Source of the DNA: Macrostomum lignano
Lineage: Eukaryota
Length of the DNA: 64,000 nucleotides
Assembly: GCA_002269645.1 (NCBI GenBank)
Contig: NIVC01001089.1
Coordinates: forward strand, 248,001 to 312,000
Direction of reading: 5' to 3'
The stretch's first letter is position 1. Each line of letters starts with the position of its first letter. The translations under genes and the position numbers were made by a program. Shown one piece after another: positions 13,360 through 26,174 of this stretch. A model generated the notes under the pieces. The model did no database searches, was not told the DNA's origin, and saw only the letters and a program-made list of their open reading frames with translations.

Positions 13360-16298
13360 GGTGAACTGAGACTCTAATTAGAGAACTTGAGAAGTGAAGT
13401 GTTATTCAACAGGTGAACTTGGACTAATTAGAGAAGTGAAGTCTGATTCAACAGGTGAACTTGGACTAATTTGAGAAGTGAAGTGTTATTCAACAGGTGA
13501 ACTTGGACTCATTATAGAAGTGTGCAATTTAACAGGCGAATTTGGACTAATTAGAGAAGTGAAGTGTGATTCAACAGGTGAACTTGGACTAATTAGAGAA
13601 GTGAAGTGTGATTCAACAGGTGAACTTGGACTAATTAGAGAAGTGAAGTGTGATTCAACAGGTGAACTTGGACTAATTAGAGAAGTGAAGTCTGATTCAA
13701 CAGGTGAATTTGGACTAATTAGAGAAGTGAAGTGTGATTCAACAGGTGAACTTGGACTAATTAGAGAAGTGAAGTCTGATTCAACAGGTGAATTTGGACT
13801 AATTAGAGAAGTGAAGTGTTATTCAACAGGTGAACTGAGAATCATTAGAAAAGTGTGCGATTCAACAGGTGAACTTGGACTAATTAGAGAAGTGAAGTGT
13901 GATTCAACAGGTGAATTTGGACTAATTAGAGAAGTGAAGTCTGATTCAACAGGTGAATTTGGACTAATTAGAGAAGTGAAGTGTGATTCAACAGGTGAAC
14001 TTGGACTAATTAGAGAAGTGAAGTCTGATTCAACAGGTGAATTTGGACTAATTAGAGAAGTGAAGTGTGATTCAACAGGTGAACTTGGACTAATTAGAGA
14101 AGTGAAGTCTGATTCAACAGGTGAACTTGGACTAATTAGAGAAGTGAAGTGTGATTCAACAGGTGAACTTGGACTAATTAGAGAAGTGAAGTCTGATTCA
14201 ACAGGTGAATTTGGACTAATTAGAGAAGTGAAGTCTGATTCAACAGGTGAACTTGGACTAATTTGAGAAGTGAAGTGTTATTCAACAGGTGAACTTGGAC
14301 TCATTATAGAAGTGTGCAATTTAACAGGCGAATTTGGACTAATTAGAGAAGTGAAGTGTGATTCAACAGGTGAACTTGGACTAATTAGAGAAGTGAAGTG
14401 TGATTCAACAGGTGAACTTGGACTAATTAGAGAAGTGAAGTGTTATTCAACAGGTGAACTTGGACTAATTAGAGAAGTGAAGTCTGATTCAACAGGTGAA
14501 CTTGGACTAATTAGAGAAGTGAAGTGTTATTCAACAGGTGAACTTGGACTATTTAGAGAAGTGAAGTCTGATTCAACAGGTGAATTTGGACTAATTAGAG
14601 AAGTGAAGTGTGATTCAACAGGTGAACTTGGACTAATTAGAGAAGTGAAGTCTGATTCAACAGGTGAATTTGACTAATTAGAGAAGTGAAGTGTTATTCA
14701 ACAGGTGAATTTGGACTAATTAGAGAAGTGAAGTGTTATTCAACAGGTGAACTTGGACTAATTAGAGAAGTGAAGTCTGATTCAACAGGTGAATTTGGAC
14801 TAATTAGAGAAGTGAAGTGTGATTCAACAGGTGAACTTGGACTAATTAGAGAAGTGAAGTCTGATTCAACAGGTGAATTTGACTAATTAGAGAAGTGAAG
14901 TGTTATTCAACAGGTGAATTTGGACTAATTAGAGAAGTGAAGTGTTATTCAACAGGTGAACTTGGACTAATTAGAGAAGTGAAGTCTGATTCAACAGGTG
15001 AATTTGACTAATTAGAGAAGTGAAGTGTTATTCAACAGGTGAATTTGGACTAATTAGAGAAGTGAAGTCTGATTCAACAGGTGAATTTGGACTAATTAGA
15101 GAAGTGAAGTGTGATTCAACAGATTAACTTGGACTAATTAGAGAAGTGAAGTCTGATTCAACAGGTGAATTTGACTAATTAGAGAAGTGAAGTGTTATTC
15201 AGTAGGTGAACTTGGACTAATTAGAGAAGTGAAGTGTTATTCAACAGGTGAACTTGGACTAATTAGAGAAGTGAAGTGTTATTCAACAGGTGAACTTGGA
15301 CTAATTAGAGAAGTGAAGTGTTATTCAACAGGTGAACTTGGACTAATTAGAGAAGTGAAGTGTTATTCAACAGGTGAACTTGGACTAATTAGAGAAGTGA
15401 AGTGTTATTCAACAGGTGAACTTGGACTAATTAGAGAAGTGAAGTGTGATTCAACAGGTGAATTTGGACTAATTAGAGAAGTGAAGTCTGATTCAACAGG
15501 TGAATTTGGACTAATTAGAGAAGTGAAGTCTGATTCAACAGGTGAATTTGGACTAATTAGAGAAGTGAAGTGTGATTCAACAGGTGAACTTGGACTAATT
15601 AGAGAAGTGAAGTCTGATTCAACAGGTGAATTTGGACTAATTAGAGAAGTGAAGTGTTATTCAACAGGTGAACTTGGACTAATTAGAGAAGCGAAGTGTG
15701 ATTCAACAGGTGAATTTGGACTAATTAGAGAAGTGAAGTCTGATTCAACAGGTGAATTTGGACTAATTAGAGAAGTGAAGTCTGATTCAACAGGTGAATT
15801 TGGACTAATTAGAGAAGTGAAGTGTGATTCAACAGGTGAACTTGGACTAATTAGAGAAGTGAAGTCTGATTCAACAGGTGAATTTGACTAATTAGAGAAG
15901 TGAAGTGTTATTCAGTAGGTGAACTTGGACTAATTAGAGAAGTGAAGTGTTATTCAACAGGTGAACTTGGACTAATTAGAGAAGTGAAGTGTTATTCAAC
16001 AGGTGAATTTGGACTAATTAGAGAAGTGAAGTCTGATTCAACAGGTGAATTTGGACTAATTAGAGAAGTGAAGTCTGATTCAACAGGTGAATTTGGACTA
16101 ATTAGAGAAGTGAAGTCTGATTCAACAGGTGAATTTGGACTAATTAGAGAAGTGAAGTGTGATTCAACAGGTGAACTTGGACTAATTAGAGAAGTGAAGT
16201 GTGATTCAACAGGTGAACTTGGACTAATTAGAGAAGTGAAGTCTGATTCAACAGGTGAATTTGGACTAATTAGAGAAGTGAAGTGTGATTCAACAGGT
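13360..16298. repeat. 42-bp satellite, ~70 copies, between the convergent lectin and UQCRH 3' ends
   Basis: Unit gaagtgaagtgtgattcaacaggtgaacttggactaattaga with few diagnostic variants. Confidence 0.97.
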
Positions 16299-16725
16299 GT
16301 GTGAGAACTATATGTGAACTGAGACTGAGATATGATACAACAGGCTTGAGAAAGACAAATAAAATAAATATAAAACACACAGATCGACTGAGCTTTTTGC
16401 CATTTACTAGAGTTCATTGAAAATGTTCTACTTCGCAATATGTAAAAGGCGATGTTGACGCCTTTAGTTTATATTTCTAGTTTGCATGTGAATATTGTAA
16501 TAATTGTTATTAATATTCAAGTTGTATATTGATATTAAAGTTAAAGCCTACTAAACTAATTCTACTGCTAGCGTTTCCAACCAAGTGGAAAAGTCCCTTC
16601 AAATAGATTTGCAAACAAAAACCGAGGACCCGTACAAACTAAAGTTTTTCAGAGAAATCGGTTTATTTCACTAGCTACACGTTGTCACTTGGTATTGGGA
16701 AATAAACAATTGAGAAGCTTTCAGC

Positions 16726-16968
16726 CTACTTGGTGTGCTTGAAGATCTCCTTAGCAACACAATGGTCGCGGCAGTGCAGCAGGTCGAACAATTCCTCCTC
16801 GCAGTCCTCAGTGGTGTTGGGCCGCCGGGCCACGCGCTCCTCGCACTTGTTGAACTTGTCCAAATAGTTGGCGCAGTGCGACGAGTCGCGGCATTTCTCC
16901 CTGATTGAGTCGATCGGGTCCTGCAGTTCCTCATCCTCATCGACTGGCGGCTCATTGTCTTTGGTCAT
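16726..16968 (-). CDS. UQCRH: Cytochrome b-c1 complex subunit 6 (hinge protein, QCR6), 80 aa, intronless CDS
   Basis: Acidic N-terminus then DPIDSIREKC...C...KFNKCEERV...EDCEEELFDLLHCRDHCVAKEIFKHTK, the typical hinge-protein Cys pattern. AATAAA on the - strand at 16662-16667. Confidence 0.95.
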   Translation of the reverse strand: MTKDNEPPVDEDEELQDPIDSIREKCRDSSHCANYLDKFNKCEERVARRPNTTEDCEEELFDLLHCRDHCVAKEIFKHTK

Positions 16969-19544
16969 TTTTGCTAATTAGTTGGACTGGACTGAACACA
17001 ATTAGCTGAAGTGGGGAATTTATGTAATGTTAAACAGTATCTAAGTATTTTTGGAGATTTCAAGCACAACTGGCTACTTTTAGTAGGGTGCTGAAGTTCA
17101 TTTTTCATTCGTCCCTTTTAACAAATTAATAGGTAAACACCGCATCTGCAAAACTGCTCTATTTTTTACTTTTTAACAATATGTTTTAGAGAGTAACTAG
17201 CTAGAAATGAGTTTTTACATACATGCCCACCCAGTCGATGCGACTTACTTTTATGGGGTTGCAACAATAAAGAACCATTTTTAAGGGTTGTGAAAAAATG
17301 ATCCTTTGAGGTCCAATTTAATAGAGCTTTCTGTTATTTTGTTTTAATGCAAATGCAATCCTTACTTCTTTCTTTCTTTTCTATTATTCTACACCTTGCC
17401 CCCTACACTTTAATGTTTTTTCTTAACTAGAGACTTTTGTCTCTGGTTGCAACTTACTTGCCTCTGGCTGTGACATGGTGTCTGTTTTTGCTTCTTCCTT
17501 TTTTCTCCTTCCCCGCTTCTCCTCTTCCTTTCTCTCTTGCCTTTTTTCTTTCTTCTCTTTTTTCATCAGATTCTTTTGGGTTGGCCAGTTAGCTAGGAGT
17601 TGGGCACAGATAAGTTTTTACATGAAATATTATTTAAGATTTATTATATTTTAAAACTTAATGAATACATTGTAGCTTGTATAACTTGCTTGTATTAGAA
17701 AATAATATGCTAACAAACAGAATATAATTGACAGCTTATTTTGTTTAATCAAGAGCAAATTTTAAAATTTGTAAAGCTTCTTATTTTTACAAAAATTCTT
17801 CAAATAAATTAAAGATAATAATTCAAATGTGAAAAATATTTTAAAAATAGAGATCTCTATATTATGCTATTATATATTATATATATATATATATATTACA
17901 TTATTATACTCGTATATATAGGTAGTTTAGGATATATTTAGTCTATTATATTTAATTGGCAATCTTTTATTTTGTTTTTTGGCAAAGTAAACTAATTAAA
18001 TTAAGAAATATATATATAGAATACTGAAGACCACGAAACTCTAATCTTGGTAATGTCCCCAAGACTAGAAAATATACCATACATATCATATATACTATTG
18101 ATTATGTATATTAGAATACATAGTATAATATAGTATATATTAGATTAGTATATATACTAGTGTTGATAATAATTAATACTACTTAGGCCTATATAGAATT
18201 TTGCCAATATAGAATAAGAAATCTTGAAAAGAAGATTTGACATAGGCCTAATCTTAGATGCATACTAGATCTATACTTAGGTAAATACTCAAGCATATTC
18301 TAAAACTAATTAGGTTAATTATAATCTAATACAACTTTGATAATGGCTAAGATATCCATAGATGAGCTCTATTGATATACATGCCCAATTTTGAAATTTC
18401 ACTTTGCTAATACAACTTAGTTTGTCCCAAAAATTATGACTTACTTTTTTAGGGCTGCAACAATAAAGGACCTATTTGTGCTGTGAAAAAAAATAATGCT
18501 TTTGAATTTCTATTTAAGATAACAAAAGATAGCAATTTATATTACAGGGTGCATCTCAAAGCTAGCCTAGATTATGAATGAATGCCATGATGCTGACTAA
18601 ATCTAGGGTACCAGTATTAGCCAATAGACAATCAATGAAATACCAAGTATAGGCCTGCCCTTACTACCACTTAGGATACCTATAGCATCTATATAAAATA
18701 GATTTTAATATCAACCATAGTCTAAAATGGGGATATCTATCTAAAAGACCCTTCCATAGAGACCCTTGAAATGATTTTGTGGTTTGGGGCTAATGACAAT
18801 TGAGGATCTTAGAGAAAAATGATTAAAATAAAAATTTAGTTGCTTTAGAAATCTTTTCAAATAAAATTCATTATATAATATATTGTAGCATTTTATCAAC
18901 AAGATTTTCTAATCTAAATACCTTGGACAATTCAGTGATAACAAAGCTGACTATATTATATATATATTTTTAATTGCTAGGCCTAGGGCCTAACTATACT
19001 ATGCATAGGCTTTATGTACTAGTCCCAAGTAGCCTATGCACTATGTATGCAAGAAGTTTTTCTCCTACACACTACATGCATGCAGATGAACTTTTTATCT
19101 TGCATTGGACTAGGTATAGGCCCTATACTAAGCAGGATTTAGTTCAGAAATTGATATATGTTAGGATTTCCTAGCATATAAAAAGGGTACTTGCTATTTT
19201 TCAATGTATATCAATGTATATATCTTAGCATTTATAATAGTGGAAACATTGTTAATAACATTTTTAGTCCCAATATACAAATGAGGTCTTGTATATTTCT
19301 TGTACCAAACCTAATATACTATAGGCCTAGACCTAATAATATATAATCCTAACTATAGCCAATATGGGGTATGGGATATATATTAATAGGGGCCTAGGGG
19401 CCTATATCACCTAAACTATGGATAATAAGTAGATAGATAGACAAGCAGATATATTAGCCTAGACTAGACTATAATTGGATAAATAGGCAAGTATAAATAA
19501 TATTTTAAGCATTTAGGAAGATATGCCTAACTAAAGACTAAGAC

Positions 19545-20150
19545 GGATAATATTTTGGGAGCACAAGAAATGCCTGCAAATGAATTGCCTGCCAAGATTT
19601 GCCTACTAAGATTTACCTACAATGTATTTTGCCTATGAGTGAATTGCCTATAGAGATTTGCCTACTAAGAATTGCTAGCAATACAATTTGCCTGCAAATG
19701 AATGGCCTATGAGCAAATCAAAAAATTGCTTGCCAAGTTTTTTCTTATAAGCTTTGCCCACAGCACATTTGGCCATGCAGTAGATTTTGTTTGGATTGCT
19801 TTCCCTATCGTTAATAAGTCTTTATAAAGAGATTTACCTAACCTAATCAAAATATTTTGATAGTAACTGCATAGAGACCTATCAAATGCATTTTTGGAAG
19901 GGGTGGCAATGCAAAATTCAAAAAGAATCTAGTTGCCAAATGTGCTGCAAGAAAAAGCATTGTGGGCAAACCTGTAGGCAAATATTGGTGGTCAATTTGC
20001 TCCAGCTCATGGGAAAAATGCACTAGGCCTACAAGCAAATCTTGGCAAAAAAGCTCAGTGGGCAAATCTTGACAGGCAAATCTCCTGCAAGTAAATCTTG
20101 GCGAGCAATTTATCTGCGAGCAATTCTTATAGACCTAGTATTTTTGTCCA
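19545..20150. mobile_element. Highly degenerate foldback-type element
   Basis: Left arm of (aagatttgcctac/gc)-like short repeats is mirrored by inverted (gcaaatctt)-like repeats at 20030-20125. No TSD found. A ~90-bp tandem duplication follows at 20130-20310. Confidence 0.4.
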
Positions 20151-20362
20151 TATGACTACACACCGGACAGATAAGTAGATAAACATTTAGATAGGCCTAG
20201 GCAAATAGGAAATAGGCAATAGACCTAGTATTTTTGTCCATATGACTGCACACCAGACAGATAGCCTAAGTAAATAAACATTCAGATAGGCAAATAGGAA
20301 ATAGGCAATATTTCCTATTTGCCTATACAATACCTATATAATCCCCAATTAGGTAATGGCTA

Positions 20363-20628
20363 GAGTTCTGGCACCGGAACCCATTTTCTAATGGCTATGG
20401 ATCCGGCAGTCTTCTGCAGGCAGTTATCTACTTATGAAGTCTTGAACATTAGAAGTATCTTGATTCGAATCTCATCGTTTTGTTTTGATCTTATCTTGAA
20501 CAAAATCTCAATATCAACCACCCATTAAAGAGTAAATGTTTCCGTTATATTTATACCCATAAATTGCACTACTGGAATACCACTGCCGGATCCATAGCCA
20601 TTAGAAAATGGGTTCCAGTGCCGGAACC
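20363..20628. mobile_element. MITE, possibly Tc1/mariner-type
   Basis: ~47-bp TIR g(a)gttctggcaccggaacccattttctaatggctatggatccggcagt versus its near-perfect reverse complement at 20583-20628, flanked by TA on both sides. Confidence 0.75.
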
Positions 20629-22338
20629 TAGCCAGATTATTGCCCCCAGATTATTTAGGTAATCTGTCATAATGTACAAATTTCTAATTCTAGAATCTAG
20701 GATAGCATTTATTACTATTTTTTAGAGGTCGGATGGGATTGAAATCTTCGGGCGGGATCGGGATCAGGAATAATTTTTTCTCAGGATTGGGATCGGGATC
20801 AGGATTCGCGGGAATCGGCATCAGGGTCTTTGAGGCTTTTCATTTTTCCAATTCCAGAATAAGAATCGGTTCGGATCTTCCAAGAAAAACAGCAGTATAA
20901 CTATTTAATTCTGTTGAATGTTTGACTGCCTTAACAACCTCACCTAGCACAATTTTTCACTTTCTTCTTGGCGATTGTCATTCAATAATAAAAACTTTAT
21001 AGCACGTTGTGACAGTGTGATTCGTAGAGGCGTGTATTTCTTATTCTTATTTCTTTAGTTTCATATGCAAACCGTACTACTACTGTATTCTTTCATTTAT
21101 TTTAACAATATTCGTACGTATTATTATCGCGCTATTTTTACTGTTAATTGCTTTGTTTTTGTAGCCTCGTATGTATTTATTCTATTATTTGTATTTCATT
21201 CATATCGTTATTATTTCTCGTAAAGTAGTTCTACCTATGTACTTGTACTGACATATGTTATTCTTGCTTGATATATTTATCGATTAATTTGTACATGTAC
21301 ATTGCGCGCCGCGTGGGGGGTTGTTTGTCTGGGTTTTGGATTAAGGGTGTTGTTATCTGTTTACCTTTAAATATATGCTTACACTGCAGTCAGCAGCCGC
21401 TCTCGCCCAATTCCCCTTGCTTCGCTTCTCGACCTAGGCTCGCTAACCCTTAGCTGTGACGCTGTCTGGCCTCCTTACACCAACTCTTCCGCCGTCTACC
21501 TTGGCACACCAATTAGTTAATTAAGTGATCCAGCAATTTTAAGTAGCACTAGCAAAAAGTCTAAGAGTTGAAGCGGCTTGCCGATCTGCTAACTAATCGT
21601 GAACTATCTAAATTAACCGCTACACAAATCCGTCTTATTCGCCTTATTCGTCACAACGTATCTCCCTCTAGTTATGGAGACAAAACTTCACAAATTGGTT
21701 CTGGTTCTGGAACCAGAACAAGAAATATGAAAGGCCCTTTTAGTGTATTGTAGTTCGTAGGTCCATATAAAGTTAAACAAAATTGAGCAAAAAATGTCAA
21801 GATCAAAAGTAAAACACAACAAATTTGATGCAAAGTTTTGTAATGAACTAAGTAATAATGTAATGAATACAAGTTAAAACAAAATACATTTAAGTAATCA
21901 CTAATTCTATAAACTTTTGATCAAAATACCTGTTCCCGATTCGGTGTAAGACCAAGATGGCCACAGCTGGGGTGGGGTCACGGAAAATGACAACTGGTTT
22001 TCTATTGGATAGCTTCGGTTGGGGAGATGTGGGGTTGCAATGGGGGGTTTAGACAGGCAGTCAAAATTTTATTAGTATATTGCAGGGTTAGAGACAAAAA
22101 TTGTTACGAGTCTTAATTTTCTACTTATAGTAGGCCCCTAAGAGGTGTAAACATATTTTGTATTAAGCAAATCTCTTCTTCATATAAAATCAGGTGTAGC
22201 TTTTTCCAGTTTCTCTCATTGGTCGAGAATAATTTACTTGTTTAAAAGGGATAAAAACTGGGTAAATTTCATGCCCTGTTACAAAAATTCATCTGCTTCA
22301 TTCACTGACAATTAACGGTCTTAGCATTTAGACACAAA

Positions 22339-23275
22339 ATGGCAGGCGCATATCCATGTGTGGTCTGGCTGCAGCCAGTTTGCGATGGACAAGAAGCAAT
22401 TGAGTGTTCTCAATGCTTGAATTGGAAGCACGTGCATGTGATAGTCGCGTCACAATCGATCAGTATTCTGCAATGAGAAATGTCGGTGAGTTTTTCTGGC
22501 TTTGCAATCAATGCAATAGACGGGCTCCTGCAGGTAACTTAGCAGTGTCTCAAGCTGCAGAGATGCTGCAGTGGTACACGTGTACAAGCCCCGAATTCTG
22601 GACCAGCGGCTGTTCCTCTGTCTGCTGAAAATCCAGAACCATTAGTGCATCTGGTTCCGGCGCAAGCGGAAAATTTTATTTACCATTATCCAGATTTCAA
22701 TAATGACCCTGATCCAGCTCTGGAAGAATCCATTCAAATTCCTCCAGCAGAGCTTGCACCGCCCCGCAGCCCACCTCCCCAGCCCTTTGAGATTCTTACA
22801 GGTGCAGGATGCAGTCACGGAAAAGACCTTCTAGTGCAGTATGCCCAACGAGACCTTGGCCATCTGATGGATGAAAAAACGCGGCGAAATGGCAACACGT
22901 ACTATCGCTGCACTAAGCGTTTATCACTGCACTGTCATGGCTCCGCAGTCCGCCGGGCTGATGGAACCATAGGAGCCCTTGCTCCGCACACGTGCGATCC
23001 AGTTGATCGGCCAGCTCAGAAGAGAAAGGCAGCAAAGGAGGTAAAGGAGGGAGCAAAGCGCATGTTGTTTACCTCTGCTAGAATTATCGCGGAGGAGAAG
23101 GTAAGAGAATTTTCACCTGAAGTGCAGGAGGTGCTTAGTATTGAGTCATTGAGTCGCAATGCTAATTACAGTCGCAAAAAAGATCGCCCTATGGAACCTG
23201 TTGACGATTCGCTTTGATGGGCAGGAAAGGCTGGTACCTGCACTTGCCTTCTTTTTGATGTCCGGTAAGAATCTA
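22339..23275 (+). pseudogene. Frameshifted MULE-transposase remnant: PHD finger, FLYWCH-like zinc finger and a fragment of the DDE core
   Basis: MAGAYPCVVW...ECSQC..WKH/ACD...FWLCNQC is a PHD with the second Cys mutated to W and a frameshift near 22435. GKDLLV...TYYRCTKRLSLHCHGSA...HTC is FLYWCH-like. LVPALAFFLMSGK (23230-23270, other frame) resembles the MULE core PLxxxLxxxK segment. Confidence 0.65.
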
Positions 23276-23819
23276 GGAGCCATGAATGAGCAAAGAGTTA
23301 ATTTATGGTCAAACAGTCCTCACACCGCTCCCCTAGTGGTGGTGATGCCTCACGGATCGTTACACTCAAGCCAACCCTAGAGCAACTTATTTTCAATTTT
23401 GGCCTGTACTGACACGATTGGAAGTCATAAATACAGTCTAAATAACTGACTGGCTTGCGTGGGGGTAAAAATCTATCTATATACAACAGCTCACCTCAAA
23501 ACAGCCATATCGTTATTTTTCGTTGCAATCTTTTTTTCAGTTTCAACTATTTAGCCAACTGTTAGGGTTGGTAACCATGATAAAAATTTGGCTCGTAAAT
23601 AAATAACTCAATATAGTGACTTTGCATGCAGCATTTAGCATGAAGCCTCAGATTTATTTATGTAAATATGTCCGGTATTTTTCAGCAAGTACTGATACCC
23701 AAGAAACGCAAAGCTTCAATACAAAGTCTGACAATTCTGAAATCTCGTCAAAAAAGCCGAGCTTATAAATACATGTACAGATATAAGTACATGTACGAGC
23801 TCGTAACTGATATAAGTTA

Positions 23820-25745
23820 GAAAATAAGAGGAGAGAAAAGGAGAGGAAAGAGGAGAAAGGAGAGATGAGAGAGTGAAGGGAAGAGAGAAAAGATAAGGTT
23901 GTAGAGATGAGAGAGATGAAAGGAGAGATAAGAGAGGAGAGAAGAGAGGGAGAGAAAAGAAGAGAAGAGAGCAGAAAGGAAAGAGAGAGAAGATAAAGTA
24001 CAGAGCAAAGATAAGTGAGAAAAGATAAGAGAGCAGAGACAAAACAGGAGAAAGGAGAGCTGAGAGCAAAGACGAGAGAGAAGAGAGATGAGGGAAGAGA
24101 CGAGAGAAGAGCGGAGAGAAGAGGCTGAGAGTATAGAGAGAGGCTGAGAGTAGACAGAGGCTGAGAGTGGATAGAGGCTGAAAGTAGAGAGGCTGAGAGT
24201 GGAGAGGCTGAGAGTAGATAGAGGTTAAGAGTAGAGAGAGGCTGAGAAGAGAGAGAAGCTAAAGAGAGAGGAGAGAGGAGAGGGCAGAGATGAGAGAGAG
24301 AAAAGATTAGAGAGGAGAGGCAGGGGTGTCGGAACCGGGGGGAGGGGGGCTGGAGCCCCCCCCCCCACTTTTTAGCATGATCATGCAAGTGCCCTTTTTG
24401 AATTTTAAACAAGTCTTGTCTTGACCGGTTTTGGGCTTTGGCTTTTCTGTCTTGGGAGCTAAGGGTACAAGCTGGAGCGAGAGGGCACCGTTGCTATCCA
24501 CACCCTAGAGATATCAATGTACATGTATGAATAAAGAATGTACAGTGGCCAGTGGGCAGTAAGGGTTTGCAGATTGCTTGTGATCCCTTCCTCAAGAGCC
24601 TTATTCCTTTCTTCTTTCTCTGCCGTCAACCTCAATCGGGTATGCGGACATACAATATATAGTTCACGTTGTTCTCAACCGCATTCCAATATAGTTTTAT
24701 CTAATGTGCCTAAGCCATGCAGGTGCTTTTAGTGCAGGGGTCGGCAAACTTTTTACCTCGGGGCCAGATTGAGAACCCATGCAGCTCATGACTGCCCTTC
24801 TGGGTCTGCTTCGCTGGGCCCCTAAAGCGAAGCGGACCCAGGAGTCCTGATGACAGCGGGCCAGAGGTGAGGAGAGAGGGTAGGGAATAGCGAAGAGAAA
24901 TACGAGCATAGGATGAAGGAGAAGCAAAGGAATAAAGGAGAAGAGAGTAGATGAGAGGAGAGATTAAATAGGAGAGAAGAGAGAGGAGAAGGGAGATTAA
25001 TGGAGAGGAGAGAGGAGGGAAGGGAGAAGAGAATGAAGAGGAAAAGGGAGATGAGAGGAAAGAGGTGAGGAGAGAGGAGAGGATAGAGGTGAGGAGAGAA
25101 GAGAGGAGAGGAGAGTAGTGAGGAGAGGAGAGGAGAGGACAAGAAAGAATATGAGAAGAGAGAGGTGAGAGAAGAGAGCTAAGAAGAGACACAAACATAG
25201 TGTGGGCTGGATTGCTATTGTGAAGATTCAAAGGACCCAAGGAAGGGCCTTGTGGGCCACATGTATTTAGCCTTTTTACTTTGGTTCCGAAACCGCTGAG
25301 GAGAGGGCAGAGATGAGAGAGGAGAGAGCAGAGATGAGAGAGGAGAGAGCAGAGATGAGAGAGAGAACAGATGATACAGGAGAGGGCAGAGATGAGAGAG
25401 AGAAAAGATGAGAGAGGAGAGGGCAGAGATGAGAGAGAGAACAGATGAGAGAGGAGAGGGCAGAGATGAGAGAGGAGAGGGCAGAGATGAGAGAGGAGAG
25501 GGCAGAGATGAGAGAGGAGAGGGCAGAGATGAGAGAGAGAACAGATGAGAGAGGAGAGGGCAGAGATGAGAGAGAGAACAGATGAGAGAGGAGAGGGCAG
25601 AGATGAGAGAGGAGAGGGCAGAGATGAGAGAGGAGAGGGCAGAGATGAGAGAGAGAACAGATGAGAGAGGAGAGGGCAGAGATGAGAGAGAAAAGATAAG
25701 AGACAAGAGTGCAGAGATGAGAGAAAAGATGAGAGACAAGAGGGC
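23820..25745. repeat. AG-rich low-complexity and short-unit repeats (three blocks: 23820-24320, 24860-25200, 25299-25745)
   Basis: Purine-rich + strand. The last block has a ~21-bp gagaggagagggcagagatga unit. Confidence 0.9.
24321..25298. mobile_element. hAT-type MITE (978 bp) nested in the MULE relic, with an inner Charlie-like end fragment at 24735
   Basis: 16-bp TIR caggggtgtcggaacc / ggttccgaaaccgctg (2 mismatches). 8-bp flanks aggagagg on both sides, which is weaker evidence because the surroundings are AG-rich. caggggtcggcaaac at 24735 is a second hAT-like terminus. Confidence 0.7.
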
Positions 25746-26174
25746 ACTCCAATTTTTGCTTACTTCTATCATAACGAATACCTTTACCCTCTACCTTTAA
25801 CTTTTAATATATACAAACAACACGTCGGTTTAAGTATATTTAGATAGGTTTGAAACTATTATCCATGATACAAAAATCAAATGTCTTGTGCTAGTATTGC
25901 TACTAGCTTTAGTAGGTAGTAATACCTGCTGTAAAGGAAAGTGTTTTTTGTTTTACTAATCTAATTTCACCAACGAAATGTCTTTTCCGAGACTTGAAGG
26001 TAGGTCAATACCCCACCCCAATCATAGCCAATAGGAAATGAGGAAATATATAGCTGACCTATTCTTATCCAAGCAGCCACTCAGAGCTGTGGCCATCTTT
26101 AGTATGTGGCCATCTTGGTCATGCGCCTAACGAACGATTCTGCAGGATAGCCATTTTACACGGGTCCTATAGTC

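Larger units (their letters stand above)
21943..26127 (+). mobile_element. Decayed Mutator-like (MULE) DNA transposon with nested insertions
   Basis: Ends share inverted gg..gaccaagatggccaca (16 bp exact) plus weaker similarity over ~100 bp. It contains transposase remnants at 22339-23275. TSD not clearly resolved. Confidence 0.6.

Noticed and set aside
13478-16304. Long (EVKCDSTGELGLIR)n ORFs up to 262 aa
   Set aside because: Pure translation of a 42-bp satellite. The frame is repeatedly broken by 41-bp units and there is no unique coding sequence.
16726-16968. UQCRH as a processed retrocopy
   Set aside because: The ORF is intact with conserved Cys, and no genomic poly-A tract or TSD is visible. 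Lack of coding introns alone is not evidence.
17465-17590. Lys/Glu/Arg-rich reading on the - strand
   Set aside because: A low-complexity pyrimidine tract with a short open frame and no domain signal.
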